DNA from: Candidatus Altiarchaeales archaeon IMC4
Lineage (GTDB): Archaea; Altiarchaeota; Altiarchaeia; IMC4
Length of the DNA stretch: 11,702 nt
Direction: 5' to 3'
Assembly (NCBI GenBank): GCA_001742785.1
Contig: MCBF01000001.1
Location: forward strand, 730,804 to 742,505
Positions 8,054-11,702 of the stretch are shown here, piece after piece; positions within the stretch are counted from its first letter, which is position 1; each line of letters starts with the position of its first letter. The position numbers were made by a program, and so were the translations under genes. A model generated the notes under the pieces. It was not told the origin of the DNA. It made no database searches and saw only the letters and a program-made list of their open reading frames with translations.

Positions 8054-8143
8054 TCAATCCTTCTCCAGATGGATAGTCCTAGTCGGAAACGGTATCCCGA
8101 TTCCCTCCTTCTTGAACCTGTCGTTTATCTTTGTATTCAACTC
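8054..8143 (-). repeat. Proximal, translated copy of the 90-bp direct repeat (mscS 3' end)
   Basis: Encodes ELNTKINDRFKKEGIGIPFPTRTIHLEKD-stop. Confidence 0.97.
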
Positions 8144-9112
8144 GTCCTTTACAGGAAAACTCCTGAAATTCGCCATCCAGCATACAAGTTTGAAGTTCAG
8201 CGAGGACTCCCCGAATTCCATGAAATAGACCTCCGGCTTGGGCTCCTTCAGGACATTTTTGGATTTGTTTGCGACATCGAGTATCGTTTCTTTTACCCTA
8301 TCGACGTCGCTGCCGTAGGCCACGCCGTAATCTATCATTAGTTTTATATGGGGGTTCGGCTGGGCGTAATTAGTAACGTTTTCGGTGATTATACTGGTGT
8401 TGGGTATGACTACCAACTTGTTGTCCTCGGTTTTCAGGCGCGTGCTTCGAAGGCCGATGTCCACGACATCGCCCGAAATCCCTCCGATCTCTATCCGCTC
8501 CCCGCGCATGAACGGGCGGTCAAACAGTATCATAAACCCTGCGAGGAGGTTCGAAACGATGGCCTGCGCCCCGAAACCCAGCGCAACCCCGAATATGCCA
8601 AGGCTTGCCACAAGGGGCGTTATCGGTATCCCAAGCTGGTCAAGGATTATCATAAACGCGATGATGTAAATGACTATATCGACTATTTTCAACACGAACG
8701 GGATCGCTTCTTCGTCAAGCGTCGATTTGGCCTTTTTGGTAATCTTTTTAGCAACGCGTTCGATTAATGTATTTAAAATCCGCGCAACCGAAACCGTAGA
8801 GACGACTATGAGAAGGATTATGGCAAGGCGCATGAGCTCGTCGGAATACTCGGGGTTAACAAGGTTGACCACGTATCTATCCAGCCCGAACCAAAAACCG
8901 ACAATGATTATCGTATAATATAGCGGGCTTTTGAGGTTTTCGATTATCTTGTCATCAAGGTCGCTTTGGGTTCTTCTCGTTAAGATCGTCAGGTGCGTGC
9001 CCATCAGCCAGTATGTAACTCGTGCAAGTATAATTGACAGCGCCACGATTACAAGGAAGGATACGAGAGGGTTGTGCGAATCCAACGTGTTAATTATTTT
9101 TACGAGTTCCAT
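8054..9112 (-). CDS. mscS: Small-conductance mechanosensitive channel (MscS family)
   Basis: Multiple TM helices. Family motifs GVALGFGAQAIVSNLLAG..ILFDRPF..GERI, GDVVDIGLRSTRL, VIPN, VAYGSD and GIGIPFP. Confidence 0.95.
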   Translation of the reverse strand: MELVKIINTLDSHNPLVSFLVIVALSIILARVTYWLMGTHLTILTRRTQSDLDDKIIENLKSPLYYTIIIVGFWFGLDRYVVNLVNPEYSDELMRLAIILLIVVSTVSVARILNTLIERVAKKITKKAKSTLDEEAIPFVLKIVDIVIYIIAFMIILDQLGIPITPLVASLGIFGVALGFGAQAIVSNLLAGFMILFDRPFMRGERIEIGGISGDVVDIGLRSTRLKTEDNKLVVIPNTSIITENVTNYAQPNPHIKLMIDYGVAYGSDVDRVKETILDVANKSKNVLKEPKPEVYFMEFGESSLNFKLVCWMANFRSFPVKDELNTKINDRFKKEGIGIPFPTRTIHLEKD

Positions 9113-9146
9113 TGTTAATTATTTTTCCATTAGTGGTAATAAATTA

Positions 9147-9737
9147 TCAGTCTTTACCGCCGCAAATATCCAGAAAGTTCTTAACGATTTGCATCCCGTT
9201 TGCGGTCAGTATGGATTCGGGGTGGAACTGCACGCCGTAAACCGGGTATTTTCTGTGTTTCAGTGCCATTATCTCGTTGTCGTCAGTGCTTTTTGCGGTT
9301 GCCTCAAGACACTCTGGCAGGTTTTTTCCGTCCACGACCAGCGAGTGGTACCTTATCGCCTCGAATGGGCTTGGGACACCCTTCAGCACGCCCGACCCAT
9401 CGTGTTCTATCATGCTGGTTTTGCCGTGCTTGAGCGTTTTCGCGTGCCTTATCTTGCCGCCGAAAACGTGCCCTATGCACTGGTGCCCGAGGCATACGCC
9501 AAGTATTGGAGTATTTGTAAACTTTTTTATGATATCATTTGACACCCCTGCCTCTTTCGGGGTCTTCGGGCCGGGAGAGATCAAGATGCCTTTGATGTTT
9601 TTTTCTCGGATGGCTCGTTCTATGTCCCTGATTTTTGCATCGTTGGTAAAAACCACAGGTTCTGCTCCAAGCTCCCCGATGTACTGCACAAGGTTGTACA
9701 CGAAAGAATCGATGTTGTCAATTACTAATATTTTCAT
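9147..9737 (-). CDS. trpG: Anthranilate/aminodeoxychorismate synthase component II (class I glutamine amidotransferase)
   Basis: IDNIDSFVYNLVQY, ISPGP, GVCLGHQ (catalytic Cys), RYHSL and GVQFHPES (His/Glu). TrpG and PabA cannot be distinguished from sequence alone. Confidence 0.93.
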   Translation of the reverse strand: MKILVIDNIDSFVYNLVQYIGELGAEPVVFTNDAKIRDIERAIREKNIKGILISPGPKTPKEAGVSNDIIKKFTNTPILGVCLGHQCIGHVFGGKIRHAKTLKHGKTSMIEHDGSGVLKGVPSPFEAIRYHSLVVDGKNLPECLEATAKSTDDNEIMALKHRKYPVYGVQFHPESILTANGMQIVKNFLDICGGKD

Positions 9738-10525
9738 CTTTCCAAAATCTCAACAGATTCAATACTTCCGCTGCGTTCGGCAATCGATGCGGCAACGATG
9801 TTCAGCGCCTGGTCGACAGGCAGCTGCTGTGTCCCTGTTACTTCTATAAACAGGTTCGTGCTGTTTTCGGTTACCCTTGTTTTCTCGGCGTTTATTATCG
9901 GCGGGAACGACACCATGCCACCCTCTGCATCGAGGATGACCGGGTACTTTTTTGCGCCCTCGAGTATGTGCGCGAAGTCCCTGCCCTTCGGGTGACTTGC
10001 AAGTATTTGTTTTAGCGTCATTTTTTCTTTCATATCGAGCGGCACAAAACCAATATCCTCAGGTTTGACTGCCGTGTAAACAAACGGCCCATTTATTTTG
10101 TCCATGTCGTGGACGCCGATAGCAACCTTTTTGCGGTTCCTGCAGTGCGTCGTGTGCAGCTTTTCCTGGAGGTCCATCAGCGACAGGAGCGACTCTTCGG
10201 TTATCTCAACACCCGTTATCACGCACGCCGAGATGCAAGGCCTGACGCCCGAAACGGACTTGTCAACGGAAAGTGAAAAACCGGACGGCGATACGCCGTA
10301 ATCCCGAAAACCGGTTTCTATCTCCAGAAAGCCGCGCATAGCGCGTGCAAAACCCTCGACAGACAGCATGTCAGGCCGGTTCGGGAAAACCTCGACCACC
10401 ACCCTTTCGCCCACTTCCTTGAGGTCGACGCCTATCATCGGGATACTCTCTTTGAGCTCTTCCGGCGAATAATCCCTCCCTATGAGCCTGACGAGTTCGT
10501 CAAATTCGAATTCTACTGTTGGCAT
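9734..10525 (-). CDS. pheT: Phenylalanine-tRNA ligase beta subunit, archaeal type, N-terminal half only (B1 plus B3/4 editing domain), 263 aa
   Basis: MPTV start, NRPDMLSVEGFARA, LQEKLH....RNRKKVAIGVHD, SFPPIINA..T, NLFIEVTGT. Ends before B5 and the catalytic-like core. Stop overlaps the trpG start (ATGA). Confidence 0.85.
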   Translation of the reverse strand: MPTVEFEFDELVRLIGRDYSPEELKESIPMIGVDLKEVGERVVVEVFPNRPDMLSVEGFARAMRGFLEIETGFRDYGVSPSGFSLSVDKSVSGVRPCISACVITGVEITEESLLSLMDLQEKLHTTHCRNRKKVAIGVHDMDKINGPFVYTAVKPEDIGFVPLDMKEKMTLKQILASHPKGRDFAHILEGAKKYPVILDAEGGMVSFPPIINAEKTRVTENSTNLFIEVTGTQQLPVDQALNIVAASIAERSGSIESVEILER

Positions 10526-10560
10526 TTTCAGATAAATATATTTGGTTTTAGTAAATTAAA

Positions 10561-11702
10561 TCACCCCAATTTTTTGCAAATCCCAAGCGCGGTTTCGACA
10601 ACCTCCTGGGGGGTTCTCCCGATAAGCCTTATCATCGCTTCCTTTCCGACTGCGCCGAGGTCAAAGATTGCGATTGGTGTAGGATGTGTGTCAAGTTTCT
10701 CCATCGCCGATTTCGTGCCCCACTCCATCGGCCGGTTACGCTCGGCCGGCGCGCAAGGTGCGGCGTGCGCTCGTTTCGCTCGCTTAGCCGCACAAAATTT
10801 CCCTATAGCCTCGGCGGTACCCCACTCCATTGTCTTCGTATCGGGCGGCTGCCCATCCCTGCTAAAGGAGGACATACGAAGCCCCATCTTACGGCACACA
10901 TCAGCAATCTCGTCCGAGAACCTGACGTTCATTGCCGCCCGAAGATTCGGATTGAATTTCATGGCAGTCAGAACCACCCGCCCGACGTGGCTTGAGCCGC
11001 CGTATCTTAGGGTTCCGGCAGGGACCAGTCGTTTATCTGCTTTCACAATCCTTCCGCTCAGGCCCGCAACGTCGCCTATGGTTTTTGCGCCTTCCTTTGC
11101 AAACGCTATGTTTATGCCGACCTGCGGCGCGAGATTGTATGCGTTTTTGTCGGAAACGAACACGTTTACCGCCCCTTGCAGAAGGTTCAGGGTTTCGTCG
11201 GCGTAAAATGTGCCGGCATCCGGGAAACCTAAAACCACGAACCCCTTCCCAACGGCGATGTTTTTTGCTATCGCGGACTGCGTGTACCTCTTTGCGATTT
11301 TTATTGAATCGATTGGAGATCTGCCCATGGCTAAATTGGCGGCAATCGCCGATGAGAACGTGCACCCGGAGCCGTGCGTTTTTATATCAATTCTTTTTCC
11401 GGTGAGGAATTCGAATTTTCCATCAATATACACCAAATCCACCCCGGACTCGTCGGTTATCACGCAGTTGCCGATTTTAGAGGCCGCCCTTTTCAAGTCG
11501 CTTTCCCCCTCGATTTTGATACCAGAAATCATTTCCGCTTCGTAGCGGTTCGGTGTCGAGAGGGCAGCGGCGGATATCAATTTTTTCAGCTCCGGGATGG
11601 CATCATTGTCAAGAAGAGGGGCACCGGATGTCGATATTATGACCGGGTCGACCACGATGTTTTCACGACCCTTGACGAGCCCCCCGACAACCCGCACTAT
11701 CT
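10561..11702 (-). CDS. thiD: Bifunctional HMP/HMP-P kinase - thiamine-phosphate synthase (ThiD-ThiN fusion); 5' end outside window; carries an in-frame insertion
   Basis: ThiD motifs VVDPV, TPNRYEAE and THGSGCTFSSAIAANLA. ThiN motifs PQVGINIAFA, DVAGLSGRIV, GGSSHVGR, RAAMNVRF and D.GAVGKEAMIRLIG. Frame open to the window edge. Confidence 0.93.
   Translation of the reverse strand, partial: IVRVVGGLVKGRENIVVDPVIISTSGAPLLDNDAIPELKKLISAAALSTPNRYEAEMISGIKIEGESDLKRAASKIGNCVITDESGVDLVYIDGKFEFLTGKRIDIKTHGSGCTFSSAIAANLAMGRSPIDSIKIAKRYTQSAIAKNIAVGKGFVVLGFPDAGTFYADETLNLLQGAVNVFVSDKNAYNLAPQVGINIAFAKEGAKTIGDVAGLSGRIVKADKRLVPAGTLRYGGSSHVGRVVLTAMKFNPNLRAAMNVRFSDEIADVCRKMGLRMSSFSRDGQPPDTKTMEWGTAEAIGKFCAAKRAKRAHAAPCAPAERNRPMEWGTKSAMEKLDTHPTPIAIFDLGAVGKEAMIRLIGRTPQEVVETALGICKKLG
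10729..10794 (-). mobile_element. 66-bp GC-rich palindromic in-frame insertion in the thiN domain (element 2), flanked by diverged 36-bp duplicates at 10693-10728 and 10795-10830
   Basis: Encodes CAAKRAKRAHAAPCAPAERNRP between MEWGTAEAIGKF and MEWGTKSAMEKL. Hairpins at 10729-10748, 10751-10770 and 10758-10793. Shares a 15-mer with element 1. Confidence 0.75.

Noticed and set aside
7740..8143. CRISPR array or tRNA/att-tRNA interpretation of the repeats
   Set aside because: There are only two 90-bp copies, both of protein-coding sequence, with a 224-bp spacer. No cloverleaf or T-loop consensus and no cas genes are present.
7740..8143. Diversity-generating retroelement TR/VR pair at the mscS 3' end
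   Set aside because: Only two differences, both silent, and only one is at an adenine on the sense strand. No reverse transcriptase is in the window, and MscS is not a typical target.
7798..8228. ORFs 7798-8076 (+), 7828-8043 (-) and 7935-8228 (+) as proteins of the insert
   Set aside because: They are short, lack recognisable motifs or an SD, and run through palindromes or antisense to mscS; there is no transposase signature.
9113..9146. Weak inverted repeat between trpG and mscS
   Set aside because: It is AT-rich and imperfect, as expected by chance, and shares no scaffold with the other elements.
568..11545. Numerous antisense and alternate-frame ORFs in the six-frame track (e.g. 568-795, 4136-4561, 8931-9542, 9277-9849, 10574-11206)
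   Set aside because: They are shadows of well-supported genes and have no recognisable motifs.

Overview
Archaeal genomic window, possibly DPANN/Altiarchaeota-like; the taxonomy is inferred from an archaeal-type PheT N-terminus, a ThiD-ThiN fusion and the style of the surface proteins. From left to right it holds: the 3' end of a DEAD-box helicase and a cold-shock protein (+); a ~1260-aa secreted HExxH metalloprotease/beta-helix surface protein (-); two membrane-anchored surface proteins (+; FG-GAP propeller/TPR-like, and Ig-like); and a convergent minus-strand run thiD-thiN (partial), N-terminal-half-only pheT, trpG/pabA, mscS. The most unusual signal is a set of three small hairpin-chain insertions, each in or at the 3' part of a gene and oriented with it. 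(1) A 224-bp chain of about ten hairpins lies between two 90-bp copies of the mscS 3' end. (2) A 66-bp in-frame insert lies between two diverged 12-codon copies inside thiN. (3) A 69-bp double hairpin lies at the end of the FG-GAP gene. Elements 1 and 2 share a 15-bp terminal hairpin motif (sense GCCGAGCGTAACCGG) whose stem ends flush at the duplication junction. Elements 1 and 3 share a GACA-hairpin-TGTCC-hairpin-CGGA scaffold with different stems. This suggests a modular family of non-autonomous palindromic elements associated with long target duplications. No mobilising enzyme is encoded in the window.
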